Of a stretch of DNA of 64,000 nt, positions 1 to 9,490 are shown one piece after another (position 1 is the stretch's first letter; each line of letters begins with the position of its first letter). Position numbers and translations under genes: made by a program. The notes under the pieces were generated by a model that saw nothing but the letters and a program-made list of their open reading frames with translations, made no database searches and was not told the origin of the DNA. This stretch comes from Methanothrix sp. (GTDB taxonomy: Archaea; Halobacteriota; Methanosarcinia; Methanotrichales; Methanotrichaceae): contig OY821645.1 of the NCBI GenBank assembly GCA_963682135.1, positions 2,784,001 through 2,848,000 of the forward strand, written 5' to 3'.

Positions 1-331
1 CCTTCTTTCCCATCTTCAGGCACTCCACCGGGCACTCGTCCACGCACAGACCGCAGAACATGCATCTTCCAAAATCGATCTGGGGAAACTGCATCTTCTT
101 GTTTTTGAGAGGATTTCCGAACTTGAAATTGACCATCTCAATGCAGCTGTTGGGACAAATCCTGGCACAGGTTCCACAGCCTATGCATGTTGTGGCATCC
201 AGCTCGTGAATACCTCTTTCCGCGGCAGGAAGCTCCATCATCACTTCAGGATAGAGCCTGGTGACCTCTATTTCCCGCGTGGCGATCTTCAAAGGCCAGG
301 TGAAGTTCTTTATCATCTTTCTCTTCAACAT
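1..331 (-). CDS. fpoI: Fpo complex subunit I (2x[4Fe-4S], NuoI-like), 3' end runs off the window
   Basis: Manual translation from ATG at 331: MLKRKMIKNF...RLYPE...CIGCGTCARICP...CMFCGLCVDECP; directly downstream of fpoH. Confidence 0.9.
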   Translation of the reverse strand, partial: MLKRKMIKNFTWPLKIATREIEVTRLYPEVMMELPAAERGIHELDATTCIGCGTCARICPNSCIEMVNFKFGNPLKNKKMQFPQIDFGRCMFCGLCVDECPVECLKMGKK

Positions 332-343
332 CTCAACGCCACC

Positions 344-1396
344 TCATGCAAAGTAGGACCCAATTATGACTGCCCATCCCAAATTTACCAGGGAGAGAGG
401 CAGCATCCACTTCCAACCCAGGTCGGTTACCTGATCGATTCTCAATCTGAAGAGTGCGGCCCGGATCAATATGATGAACCAAATAACGATTATCACCTTC
501 ATGAGCAACCAGATCATGGGCGAGATTATATCCAGAATTGGTATGGGTATGATCGGGCCATGCCAGCCACCCAGGAATAGCAGCGACAACAGAATGGATC
601 CCAGAAGGAAGTTATTGTACTCCTGGAAATAAAGCAAGCCCCATCTGATTCCACTGTATTCGGTACTGTAACCGCATATGATTTCTTCTTCTGCCTCGCT
701 CTGATCGAATGGAACCCTTCCTAAGTCTGTGACCAGGGCAATTACAAAGATGATAAATCCGAGTGGTTGGGCAAAGGCATACCAGACCGTCTGACTCTCC
801 ACAATCTCCACCAGATTGAGGCTATGGGCCATAACGGCTACAGATATGACGCAGACACCCATGGGGACCTCGTAGGCAATCATTCTTGCGACGCCTCGGA
901 AGCCTCCCAGAATGGAGTACTTATTGTTGGAGCTGTATCCGGCCATGAAGACCGCGATGGACATGATGCTAAGAGCTGCTTCCACATAAAATGCGCTGAT
1001 ATCCATGTTGGCCACAACGAGCGGATAATCCTTACCGCCTATATGCAGTGCTCCAAATGGTATCGCCGCAGCCACCAGCATGGTACCGGCGGAGGCGATG
1101 ATAGGGGCCCATACATAGACGCCCTTATCAACGTCTTTGGGAATGACATCTTCTTTGGTGAATAGCTTAATGGCATCGGCACCAAGCTGAAGTATACCCC
1201 ATCTTCCGCCCACGCGATTGGGACCAAATCGGTTGCAGAAATCGCTCATAACTTTTCTGTCTGCCCAGATCACCAGCATGGCACCGACGTTGACCACAGC
1301 AGAGAGCACCAATGCACCTATTATGCCTATGATCAGGGCGAATATCGCAGGCTCCTGGGCGACAAATTGAGTTATGATCTCTATTATTTCGTCCAA
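344..1396 (-). CDS. fpoH: Fpo complex subunit H (NuoH/ND1-like)
   Basis: Hydrophobic; RFGPNRVG, DAIKLFTKED, RVPFDQSEAEEE, RLRIDQ motifs; operon context. Confidence 0.95.
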   Translation of the reverse strand: MDEIIEIITQFVAQEPAIFALIIGIIGALVLSAVVNVGAMLVIWADRKVMSDFCNRFGPNRVGGRWGILQLGADAIKLFTKEDVIPKDVDKGVYVWAPIIASAGTMLVAAAIPFGALHIGGKDYPLVVANMDISAFYVEAALSIMSIAVFMAGYSSNNKYSILGGFRGVARMIAYEVPMGVCVISVAVMAHSLNLVEIVESQTVWYAFAQPLGFIIFVIALVTDLGRVPFDQSEAEEEIICGYSTEYSGIRWGLLYFQEYNNFLLGSILLSLLFLGGWHGPIIPIPILDIISPMIWLLMKVIIVIWFIILIRAALFRLRIDQVTDLGWKWMLPLSLVNLGWAVIIGSYFA

Positions 1397-1408
1397 ATTC
1401 TCTCCCTC

Positions 1409-3121
1409 CTACCTATCCGACTCCGATGGGCAACCGTCCATGCTTCCGGCTATTGCCACCGCATCTGCAATATAGACTCCTTCCAGAAGTGGAGTCAAGG
1501 TCTGGAATGTAGCGTAGAATGGCCCTCTTACCTTAACGCGGTACGGCTTATCGCCACCGTCGCTAATCACATACATTCCCATCTCGCCTCTTGGATCCTC
1601 AACCCGATAGTAAGCCTCCCCAGCCGGAATCTTCTTTGGTATCTTGGTTTCCGTCCTAATAGGCCCGGAGGGAATCCTGTCCAGACATTGCTCGATGATG
1701 TGAATGCTCTCTAAAATCTCTCTTAGCCTGACATCAATTCTGTCCGCGGAGTCTCCTCTGGTTCCGGTTATGACTTTAAAGTCCAGTTCCGGATAGACCA
1801 GTATTGGATCCTCTTTTCGCATATCATAGGCTACACCTGTAGCTCTCAGAACCGGCCCAGAGCATCCCAGACGTTTACCTGTCTCGGGAGAGATGCTGCC
1901 GATATTCTCCATTCTGGCATGATAAATCGGATCCTGTGCAAAGAGCTCAAGGAACTCTTCCGTCCTGGACTTCATATATGGCAGGACCTTTTTGCATTGC
2001 TCTATGAAGCCTTCCGGCAAATCGTTTCGCACGCCTCCAAAGCGCACGAAGGTGTGAGTCAGCCTGGCGCCGGTAACGCTCTCAATCAACGAGATGACCT
2101 TCTCCCGGTCCATGATCATGTACTGCCAGGGAGCAAAGCCCACGCCAGCGATCAAAGTCAGAAACTCGCCTGTTCCGATCAAATGGCTTTGAATTCTGGA
2201 GAGCTCTTCCAGGATGACGCGGATATATTGCGCCCTCAAGGGAACTTCCAGTCCCAGGATCTTCTCCACGGCTCCACAGTAACATTCATTATTGGAGAGG
2301 CTGGCCACATAGCACATCCTGTCTGTATAGGTTATGCCCTGCAGCCAGGTCCTGTTCTCCATGATTTTCTCGATGCCCTTATGAATATATCCGATATCCA
2401 GGAAGGCCTTTTTTACCCTCTCACCCTCGACCAGGATATCAAGCAAGAAGGGACCGGGGACCATAGCATGTTGTGGCCCAAGATGCATAATCATCTCTGA
2501 GTCGGACTTAATCTCCCGTTCCTCGCGCTCCCGGAAGGTGGGATATTTGGGATGTTCTTTCACCACTGTTCCGGCTTCAATCTCGCCGGGCGTTGGTGGA
2601 AAATGATATTCCGTATAGCCTTCAGCAGTGGTGATTGCTACAGCCCTCTCTCCGGTGGTCAGGTCCGGATAGCCCTTATAATCCTTCCTCCAGGGCCAGG
2701 CTCCCACCAGCGGATCGGATAGAAGCAGAGGATACTGCTCAGGGTGACCCTCGAAGTTGATCCCTAGCATCTCCCAGATCTCACGCTCATACCAGTTGGC
2801 ATTCCAGTACAGCCCGGTCATGGATTTGATGGATGGGTTGTCTCGAGATGTCTTCACCTTGAGCATGGCCACAACCTGATGAGCTCCGTGGCTGGCCATG
2901 ATTTCTACGACTTCCATCTCCTTTTTGGCAATCCAGTCGATTCCTGCTGCACCTGAATAATGATCGAAATTGAGTTTGGTGGTCAGGTGTTTGCAGACAT
3001 CCAAGATCTTCTTGGAATCAATTGTGGCCCAAAGTCTCCGGTCCGATTCCACCCTGGAGTCCAAAACGGCTCCTGGAAATGCAGACTGCATGGAGCTTAG
3101 GACCTCGCTTGCTGTTGTCAA
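1409..3121 (-). CDS. fpoCD: Fused Fpo subunit C/D (NuoCD-like)
   Basis: N-terminal NuoC motif (ANWYEREIWEMLGINFEGHP) fused to a NuoD domain (GPQH, GYIHKGIEK, EDPRGEMG, DGCPSESDR). Confidence 0.92.
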   Translation of the reverse strand: MTTASEVLSSMQSAFPGAVLDSRVESDRRLWATIDSKKILDVCKHLTTKLNFDHYSGAAGIDWIAKKEMEVVEIMASHGAHQVVAMLKVKTSRDNPSIKSMTGLYWNANWYEREIWEMLGINFEGHPEQYPLLLSDPLVGAWPWRKDYKGYPDLTTGERAVAITTAEGYTEYHFPPTPGEIEAGTVVKEHPKYPTFREREEREIKSDSEMIMHLGPQHAMVPGPFLLDILVEGERVKKAFLDIGYIHKGIEKIMENRTWLQGITYTDRMCYVASLSNNECYCGAVEKILGLEVPLRAQYIRVILEELSRIQSHLIGTGEFLTLIAGVGFAPWQYMIMDREKVISLIESVTGARLTHTFVRFGGVRNDLPEGFIEQCKKVLPYMKSRTEEFLELFAQDPIYHARMENIGSISPETGKRLGCSGPVLRATGVAYDMRKEDPILVYPELDFKVITGTRGDSADRIDVRLREILESIHIIEQCLDRIPSGPIRTETKIPKKIPAGEAYYRVEDPRGEMGMYVISDGGDKPYRVKVRGPFYATFQTLTPLLEGVYIADAVAIAGSMDGCPSESDR

Positions 3122-3136
3122 GAAAAGATCCCTCCT

Positions 3137-3709
3137 CTAATAGTCCCGCAGGTCCTTACGCTGCTTGATCTTTTCCTGGAGATTGATGAGGCCCTCTAGG
3201 AACTGCTCGGGCCGGGGTGGACAGCCTGGGATGAAGACATCAATGGGGAAGTGGTCGCCTGTGTTTTGGATGATATTATAGGAATCATAGAAAGGTCCAC
3301 CCGAAATGGCGCACTCGCCTATAGCGATGCACCACTTGGGCTCAGGCATCTGCTCCCAGAGATTCTTGAATACCGGCAGGTACTTTCTGGTTAAGTAGCC
3401 GGAGATGATCATTACATCCGTTTGACGGGGTGTGTTTCTCGGAATGCACCCAAATCTGTCGCTGTCATAGGGCGCAGCTCCGAAAACGAACATCTCCACA
3501 CCACAGCACCCCATGGGCTGCATTAAAAAGTATACCGAATTTTTTCTGCCCCAATTGAAGATATTCTTAATGGGTCCCATCTCGATTATTTGATGGATCT
3601 TCTCCGTAGTTGTGAACCAAACTTCAGCCACAGGTTGGCCGAATATGGTCCACTTCTCAATCTCCTCATCGATTGCTACGGGCACGGGTATGACATCGCT
3701 TATACCCAA
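3137..3709 (-). CDS. fpoB: Fpo complex subunit B (NuoB-like)
   Basis: GCCGVEM, PRQTDVMIISG, GECAISGG, IPGCPPRPE motifs. Confidence 0.95.
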   Translation of the reverse strand: MGISDVIPVPVAIDEEIEKWTIFGQPVAEVWFTTTEKIHQIIEMGPIKNIFNWGRKNSVYFLMQPMGCCGVEMFVFGAAPYDSDRFGCIPRNTPRQTDVMIISGYLTRKYLPVFKNLWEQMPEPKWCIAIGECAISGGPFYDSYNIIQNTGDHFPIDVFIPGCPPRPEQFLEGLINLQEKIKQRKDLRDY

Positions 3710-4104
3710 CGCAAAGCCTCCTTCTTGATAGCATAGATAAGTCCTACCAGCAGTACAACGATGAATAGGAGCATCTCGAAGACGGCGTAGTTCATGAATC
3801 CAAAGACCATGAACTGCTGCATTGCTTTACTCGCGTACACATAGATCCAGGGATATAAGAATAAAACCTCAACATCGAATATAACGAAAACGATTGCGAA
3901 AAGGTAATATTGAACGCTATACTGGATCTTGGCGTCGCGGATAGGCTTCAGCCCACCTTCGTATATCGATAGCTTTTGGCGCTTTGGCCTGTTAGGTGCT
4001 ATTATCTTAATAGCTGCCAAAGCCGCAATGGGCACTATAGCTCCCATTATCAAAAATATAATAAGTGGTATATAATTAACCACTGCCATCGGTTCGCCGG
4101 CCAT
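3700..4104 (-). CDS. fpoA: Fpo complex subunit A (NuoA-like)
   Basis: YEGG, YYLFAIVFVIFDVEVLFLYPW; first gene of the operon; GGAGG SD upstream. Confidence 0.93.
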   Translation of the reverse strand: MAGEPMAVVNYIPLIIFLIMGAIVPIAALAAIKIIAPNRPKRQKLSIYEGGLKPIRDAKIQYSVQYYLFAIVFVIFDVEVLFLYPWIYVYASKAMQQFMVFGFMNYAVFEMLLFIVVLLVGLIYAIKKEALRWV

Positions 4105-4138
4105 TGTTTACCCTCCGTAAAAGCTAAACATAAGGCCT

Positions 4139-4153
4139 GGTATAAAAGGTTTA
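4139..4153 (-). promoter_or_regulatory. Putative archaeal TATA box for the fpo operon (divergent fpo/dys intergenic region)
   Basis: Minus strand AAACCTTTTATACC about 35-45 nt upstream of the fpoA start. Confidence 0.4.
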
Positions 4154-4236
4154 TGAGAAAAAATTTCGCGTTGCATAAGTTCAATCACAATTTTCATGGA
4201 CTATCTGAAGAATATTATCATTATTAAGGTGATTAA

Positions 4237-5181
4237 ATGGATGTAGTTCACCAACTGAATATAGAGCCGGGGATGAGCGTAAATGTCCTGGTAGAGAGAA
4301 TGAGCCATTGCGGCTTTGGCGCTAGAAGATTGGCGCAGGCTACGGCTATTTATGAAAAGATGCTTTCTGGAGATTTCACAAAATTCCTTGCCATCTCCGG
4401 CGCGATGGTTCCGGCGGGCATGAGGGATCTCATCTCCGATCTGATCAGAAGAGGGCATGTGGATGTGCTGGTAATCACGGGGGCCAATCTCGTCCACGAT
4501 ATAATCGAGTCCTTTGGCTGTCACTGTATGGGGACCGCCGAGTCTGATGATGCGGCTTTGCGAGCGGAAGGGAAAAGCCGCATTTATGATGTCTTCCTGA
4601 GGGACGAGGACTTTGTCGGATTTGAAGATCTCATGCAAAGAATCATGCCCGAGAGGGAAAAGACGCTCTCCGGAAGAGAGCTGATGAGCATTTTGGGAAG
4701 TCAAATCAATGATGGAAGATCCATACTGCGCTCGGCCTACGATATGTCGGTGCCCGTCTTCTGCCCCGCGCTTCCCGATTCTATGATCGGCCTTCAGGCC
4801 TGGATGTTCAGCCAGACCCATCGGCTGAATGTAGATGCTTTTGCCGATATCAAGGAGATTGTGGACATCTGCTATGGATGCGAGAGATCTGGAATAGTAA
4901 TAGTTGGCGGAGGCGCTCCCAAGAACTTTGCTCTGCAGTCCATGCTGGTCACCCCCAATAGCTTCGACCTCGCGATCCAGCTTACCACAGATACGCCTGA
5001 GAACGGCGGCCTATCCGGTGCCACCCTCTCCGAGGCCGTCTCCTGGGGCAAGATCTCGGAGCACGCGAAATTCGTCACCGTTTATGGGGATGCAACCATC
5101 ACCCTGCCTATGATGGTGGCGGCGACGCTAGAGAGGCTGAAGCTATCTGAGAAAAAGATGCCTGCAAAGCCGACCGGGTGA
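4237..5181 (+). CDS. dys: Deoxyhypusine synthase
   Basis: SGAMVPAGMR, TGANLVHD, RIYDV, GGGAPKNF, GGLSGATLSEAVSWGK, GDATITLP. Confidence 0.93.
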   Translation: MDVVHQLNIEPGMSVNVLVERMSHCGFGARRLAQATAIYEKMLSGDFTKFLAISGAMVPAGMRDLISDLIRRGHVDVLVITGANLVHDIIESFGCHCMGTAESDDAALRAEGKSRIYDVFLRDEDFVGFEDLMQRIMPEREKTLSGRELMSILGSQINDGRSILRSAYDMSVPVFCPALPDSMIGLQAWMFSQTHRLNVDAFADIKEIVDICYGCERSGIVIVGGGAPKNFALQSMLVTPNSFDLAIQLTTDTPENGGLSGATLSEAVSWGKISEHAKFVTVYGDATITLPMMVAATLERLKLSEKKMPAKPTG

Positions 5182-5888
5182 AAAAATTGCAGATAGGAAT
5201 TGATCTGTGGGAATTGGAGGAGATTGCCGACAACAGGATGAAGACCATCTTTATCAGCTGTGTCGGCTCGCACATGTGGGGCATGAATAGCCAGGAGAGC
5301 GATATCGACCTGGTGATGATCTATATCGCTCCCACCAGATCTCTTCTGCGAAGCGAGAAGATCATGCCCACGGTGCGCCAGCAGATAACTGCCCGGGGAG
5401 GAGAGGTTTATGATACCCTTGGTTGGGAAATAGGCCACCTCATAAATCAGCTCATCAAGGGAAACGTCAACGCCATATGGTACGCCACAAGCCCGCTCCT
5501 GGTCAAGCCTTCTATTCTCCAGGAGGAGCTATCAGCCCTGGTGCGGGCCAACCTTTGCCGCGAGACGTACCATTCCATCAAAGGGATGGCGGAAAGCCAG
5601 ATCAAATCTGAGGAGAAGCCTGCGGAAAATTCCAGGATTGCTGGCAAGGGTTACAGAACTGCTCTGAGGACCATTAATTTCGGAATAAAGCTACTCTCAG
5701 AGGGCAAAATATGTTTTACGCCAGTTCTGCATACTCTCGGTGCAGAGGAGGTCATGGAAAGGCTGCAACGATTGGATGACGCCTATACCTCCAGCCACCT
5801 GCCGGACCGACCGGACGAGGATGCGTTTCGTGAGTTCCTTCTCAGGCTGCGATTGGATGATCTGTCTCTCGCTGATCGGATAAATTAA
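5178..5888 (+). CDS. Pol-beta superfamily nucleotidyltransferase (RlaP/YcgL-like)
   Basis: GSHMWGMNSQESDIDL (GS-x10-DxD) motif; KGNVNA; overlaps the dys stop. Confidence 0.75.
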   Translation: MKKLQIGIDLWELEEIADNRMKTIFISCVGSHMWGMNSQESDIDLVMIYIAPTRSLLRSEKIMPTVRQQITARGGEVYDTLGWEIGHLINQLIKGNVNAIWYATSPLLVKPSILQEELSALVRANLCRETYHSIKGMAESQIKSEEKPAENSRIAGKGYRTALRTINFGIKLLSEGKICFTPVLHTLGAEEVMERLQRLDDAYTSSHLPDRPDEDAFREFLLRLRLDDLSLADRIN

Positions 5889-5924
5889 TAATCCATATAA
5901 CGAATAATTAGGCGAGGTATTTTA

Positions 5925-6500
5925 TTGGAGATCGTTGTGGGCATAAGCGGCGCATCCGGGGTACAGTACGCCATTCGGCTCTTGAGGGTATTGCGGGAGA
6001 AGGGCAACATGATTCATCTGGTAATAACCGATTCGGCGGCTAAAATCATTGAACTTGAAACCGATTTTCTGCAAAAGGATGTACGAGACCTTGCAGACCA
6101 TGTCTACGCTCCCCGCGACTTCGCCGCTCCCATAGCCAGTGGCTCACATCTCTTTGATGCCATGGTTGTCATCCCCTGCAGCATGGGAACGCTTTCCGCT
6201 ATTGCCTGCGGCTCCTCGGACACCCTCATCACCCGGGCAGCGGACGTCTGCCTCAAAGAGAAAAGGAGGCTGATAATAGTTCCAAGAGAGACTCCTTTGG
6301 GATTGGTGCAACTGCGCAACATGGTCGCAGCAGCCGAGGCGGGAGCGGTTGTTCTGCCGGCATGCCCTGCCTTCTACTCGAAGCCGCAAAGCCTGGATGA
6401 TCTGGTAGATGTGCTGGTGGGCCGGGTTCTCGATCTTCTCGGTGTGGAGAATGATCTCTACCGTCGATGGCAAGGAACGCTTGAAAGGAAATGCTTATAA
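5925..6500 (+). CDS. ubiX: Flavin prenyltransferase UbiX
   Basis: GISGASG, APIASGS, PCSMGTL, RAADVCLKE, VPRETP, PAFY. Confidence 0.93.
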   Translation: MEIVVGISGASGVQYAIRLLRVLREKGNMIHLVITDSAAKIIELETDFLQKDVRDLADHVYAPRDFAAPIASGSHLFDAMVVIPCSMGTLSAIACGSSDTLITRAADVCLKEKRRLIIVPRETPLGLVQLRNMVAAAEAGAVVLPACPAFYSKPQSLDDLVDVLVGRVLDLLGVENDLYRRWQGTLERKCL

Positions 6501-6535
6501 CCGTTCGAATCAGAGCGACTGGCAAGGTGAATTAA

Positions 6536-6754
6536 ATGAAGTGCGCGCTGTGTCTTGTTGAGAAGGAGACGGTCCCTGTCAAGCTTAATTTGGCCACTCT
6601 TAAAGGCCCCAAGGATGAAATGTTCAATCTATGCAAGGAGTGCCTGGACCTGGCACATCAAGCTTATATCGATAAGGATTTCCTGGCTGTCAAGGCGGGA
6701 TCCGATGCCGCGCCCCACGGCGCGCACGGGGATGCGCACGGAGCGCATCACTGA
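6536..6754 (+). CDS. Small hypothetical protein, CxxC...CxxC putative Zn-binding, His-rich tail
   Basis: CALC...CKEC; C-terminus HGAHGDAHGAHH; GGTGA SD upstream. Confidence 0.6.
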   Translation: MKCALCLVEKETVPVKLNLATLKGPKDEMFNLCKECLDLAHQAYIDKDFLAVKAGSDAAPHGAHGDAHGAHH

Positions 6755-6791
6755 AATCCTGAATTCAATTTTCTCATAAATCAATTCCCTC

Positions 6792-7118
6792 ATGAAAAAG
6801 ATCCTAAGTGAAGAGAAGGTTAGAGGCATCTTTTCCTCCTGCCAAAAAGAATGCGATGTACTCATTGCTCTCTTAAGAATGGTCATCCCCAACTGGGATG
6901 ATATAGAATATATTCTGGAGGGCAGGCCGCGCATGGGGGCAGAGGGATGGCATACCGTCTATGATCTCTTCTGTCGGTTCAATGAAGAGCACTCGGGAGA
7001 GAGCATCTTTCCGGGTGGGCTATGGCTTTCCATGGGCTTTATAAAAGACGAGAGTCTGGAGGCATGGCAAGTGGACAGCTCGGATATGAAATTCGCTTTT
7101 AAGAACGGTCGCGCTTGA
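6792..7118 (+). CDS. Hypothetical protein
   Basis: 108-aa ORF that fits between co-oriented genes. Confidence 0.6.
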   Translation: MKKILSEEKVRGIFSSCQKECDVLIALLRMVIPNWDDIEYILEGRPRMGAEGWHTVYDLFCRFNEEHSGESIFPGGLWLSMGFIKDESLEAWQVDSSDMKFAFKNGRA

Positions 7119-7127
7119 AATCCGAAT

Positions 7128-7922
7128 ATGGATAGAGAATACCTCTTTTTCTGCCGCGAATGGTTTGAGGAATATACCAGTCGGGTTCATTGTCAGGATG
7201 CAGAGATTGAAGCGAACATAATGCTTAAACTTGCGCATACCTATCGCGTCTGTGAGAACATCACAGTAATTGCCGGCTCCCTGGGCTTAAATGGAGAAGA
7301 TCTTGCCATGGCGCAGGCAATAGCCCTCTTGCACGATGTGGGTCGATTCGAGCAGCTGCGTGGTTTTGGCTCCTTCGATGACCGCATGACTCTTGATCAT
7401 GCTATGCTCGGCCTCAAGGTTATCAATCGCACGGGAGTTCTTTCCAGCTTGCCGAAAAGAGAGCGGAATCTGATCCGAAAGAGCATCTGGCATCACAACA
7501 AGTACATGATACCTGTTGCTGAAAAGGCCGAGGTTGCTTTTTTCTCTAAATTGATCAGGGATGCCGACAAGCTGGACATACTGGGAGTTGTCACTGAGCA
7601 TTTTGAGACTAGGGATCAGCATCCTAACCGGGCACTCGATTTCGGCCTGGCCGATGATTTGCGATTAACACAAGACGCAGTCTCCGACATAATGCAAGGA
7701 AAGATGGTGAGGATTAATGTGCTGAAAACTTTGGGCGACCTGCGTTTGCTGTATTCGAGCTGGGTCTTTGACATCAACTTTCCCATCACCCTTGCACGCT
7801 TAAAAGAGAAAGGCTACCTGAAGGGGCTCCTGGCTGATCTTTCTATGCAGCCGGAAATTAACCGGATAAGGGACTTCTTGCAGGCCTATCTGGAAAAGTA
7901 TAGTAATATGAACCAATCATAG
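7128..7922 (+). CDS. HD-domain metal-dependent phosphohydrolase
   Basis: KLAHTYRV, LLHDVGRFEQ, DHA, HHN, RDADKLDI. Confidence 0.85.
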   Translation: MDREYLFFCREWFEEYTSRVHCQDAEIEANIMLKLAHTYRVCENITVIAGSLGLNGEDLAMAQAIALLHDVGRFEQLRGFGSFDDRMTLDHAMLGLKVINRTGVLSSLPKRERNLIRKSIWHHNKYMIPVAEKAEVAFFSKLIRDADKLDILGVVTEHFETRDQHPNRALDFGLADDLRLTQDAVSDIMQGKMVRINVLKTLGDLRLLYSSWVFDINFPITLARLKEKGYLKGLLADLSMQPEINRIRDFLQAYLEKYSNMNQS

Positions 7923-8025
7923 GAGACAATCGCCTCCTGAACTGGAGTATCTCCTGCTGGAGAATTGGCGAAAAAATTTGCGAATGCAAATCGGATGCGA
8001 ATAAGAGCTAAGGGAGAAGTGTGGT

Positions 8026-8337
8026 ATGAGAAACTTGATAATTTCATCTTTGATCATTCTTGGGCTGGCATGCAGCTCTCAGTCACTGGAAGCTATTATG
8101 ATCAGCCAGGAAAACGGCATGACAATCCTGGCCAACTTCACAAACAATTCAGCTAATCAATCGGATATGAACGCCACCATCAATGAGACTGACAACAACC
8201 AGACGCCGACAAACAGCATAGCAAATGAAGCTGCTGCGAGCCTGTGGAGCTGGGGAAAAATTCCCAATGGCTATGAATTGAATAAGAACGGCACTTTAAC
8301 CAAATTGGCCGATGAACAATGGAAGCCAAGCATCTGA
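8026..8337 (+). CDS. Secreted hypothetical protein
   Basis: N-terminal signal peptide, N/T-rich linker with many NxS/T sequons, C-terminal LWSWGKIP motif. Confidence 0.65.
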   Translation: MRNLIISSLIILGLACSSQSLEAIMISQENGMTILANFTNNSANQSDMNATINETDNNQTPTNSIANEAAASLWSWGKIPNGYELNKNGTLTKLADEQWKPSI

Positions 8338-9265
8338 AGTGGCGGATCAGAAAATGTTGGAGCGCAGAACGGGCATTGGATTGATGCTTCTGGTGGGAGT
8401 CATCGCTCTGCTCTTAGGATGGCATTTCCTTTCGGATAGCTCATCTGCGGGGCAATGGACTGTATCCGGTGAGGGAATCTTGGATTATATCGTATCCATG
8501 CCCCAATATAATTTGAGCCCGCCCGAGGGCGACGGCAACAGCACCCTTTCTACAGTCCAGTTCCAGAGCCGTGACGCGAATGTAGCAGCACTCTTGAGAA
8601 TTCCATACGGTGATGAAGTGAACAGGAGCATTCCCGGCATCGTACTCCTGCCCGGCGCTACCGTCAGCAAAGAGAGAGAGCAGAAGCTGGCCAGACATCT
8701 GGCAGACCTGGGATTTGCCAGCATCACCCTTGACCAGAGAAATCTGGGGGGCATTGATCCAAAAGCCGATCTGCAGATGTTTTTAAAGGGCGAAGAGCCG
8801 ACGGAGTATAAGATGGTTTATGATGCTCTGGCGGCGGGAGATGTACTTCGCAGCCGACCTGAGATCGACCCAACGCGCATCATCTACGCCGGGGAGAGCA
8901 ACGGAGGGCGTTTTGCCATTATGGCCTGTGCACTGGACAAGAACGCGAAAGGTGTTTTGGCCATCAGCACATGTGGCTATGGAACGGATGCTGCTATTGC
9001 CTCGGCGGGAGTAGTCGATAAGAATCAGGTTCGCTTCTACCGGTCCATCGATCCCGAGACCTACCTGAGCAGGATCGCGCCTCGCCCGTTGGTCATGATC
9101 CATTCTCGCAATGATACTATCATACCTTACCAATTGGCAGAGCAGACCTATGATCGGGGAATGCAGCCCAAGAGAATGCACACCGTGGGCTGCAACGTGC
9201 ATGGCTACTGTGCACAGATGAATGAGGCAATCGAAGAAGAGCTGTTGGGCATGGCTATCAAATAG
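8312..9265 (+). CDS. Membrane-anchored alpha/beta hydrolase
   Basis: N-terminal TM helix; GESNGG nucleophile elbow; HSRND..IP; C-terminal His. Confidence 0.8.
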   Translation: MNNGSQASEVADQKMLERRTGIGLMLLVGVIALLLGWHFLSDSSSAGQWTVSGEGILDYIVSMPQYNLSPPEGDGNSTLSTVQFQSRDANVAALLRIPYGDEVNRSIPGIVLLPGATVSKEREQKLARHLADLGFASITLDQRNLGGIDPKADLQMFLKGEEPTEYKMVYDALAAGDVLRSRPEIDPTRIIYAGESNGGRFAIMACALDKNAKGVLAISTCGYGTDAAIASAGVVDKNQVRFYRSIDPETYLSRIAPRPLVMIHSRNDTIIPYQLAEQTYDRGMQPKRMHTVGCNVHGYCAQMNEAIEEELLGMAIK

Positions 9266-9490
9266 TGCAGGCAGCTATATTGAGAAAATGGGAGGGATAG
9301 GCAAGGTCGATAATGAAGCGGGTAGGAGGAAAAGATGGTCTCTGTCGACCTTGCCCATCTTATGCTCGTCGTTCAACGATATAAATGTGTGGTACATCGC
9401 CGACTAACGATATAATTCAAGCTTGAAGAGCTGCAATTGGCACCAGTCACCCTGCAATTGGTATGCGGGGTGTGCCTGTTGGTCAGGATC

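Noticed and set aside
206-2500. Antisense or alternate-frame ORFs over fpo genes, and similar shadows elsewhere (e.g. 4201-4821, 12318-12788, 15600-16199, 33341-33937, 34635-35186)
   Set aside because: Fully overlap well-supported genes and lack motifs; expected shadow ORFs.
1409-3709. Group 4 [NiFe]-hydrogenase
   Set aside because: The large subunit lacks complete CxxC pairs, the small subunit has the complex I tandem CC motif, and the gene order is fpoABCDHI.
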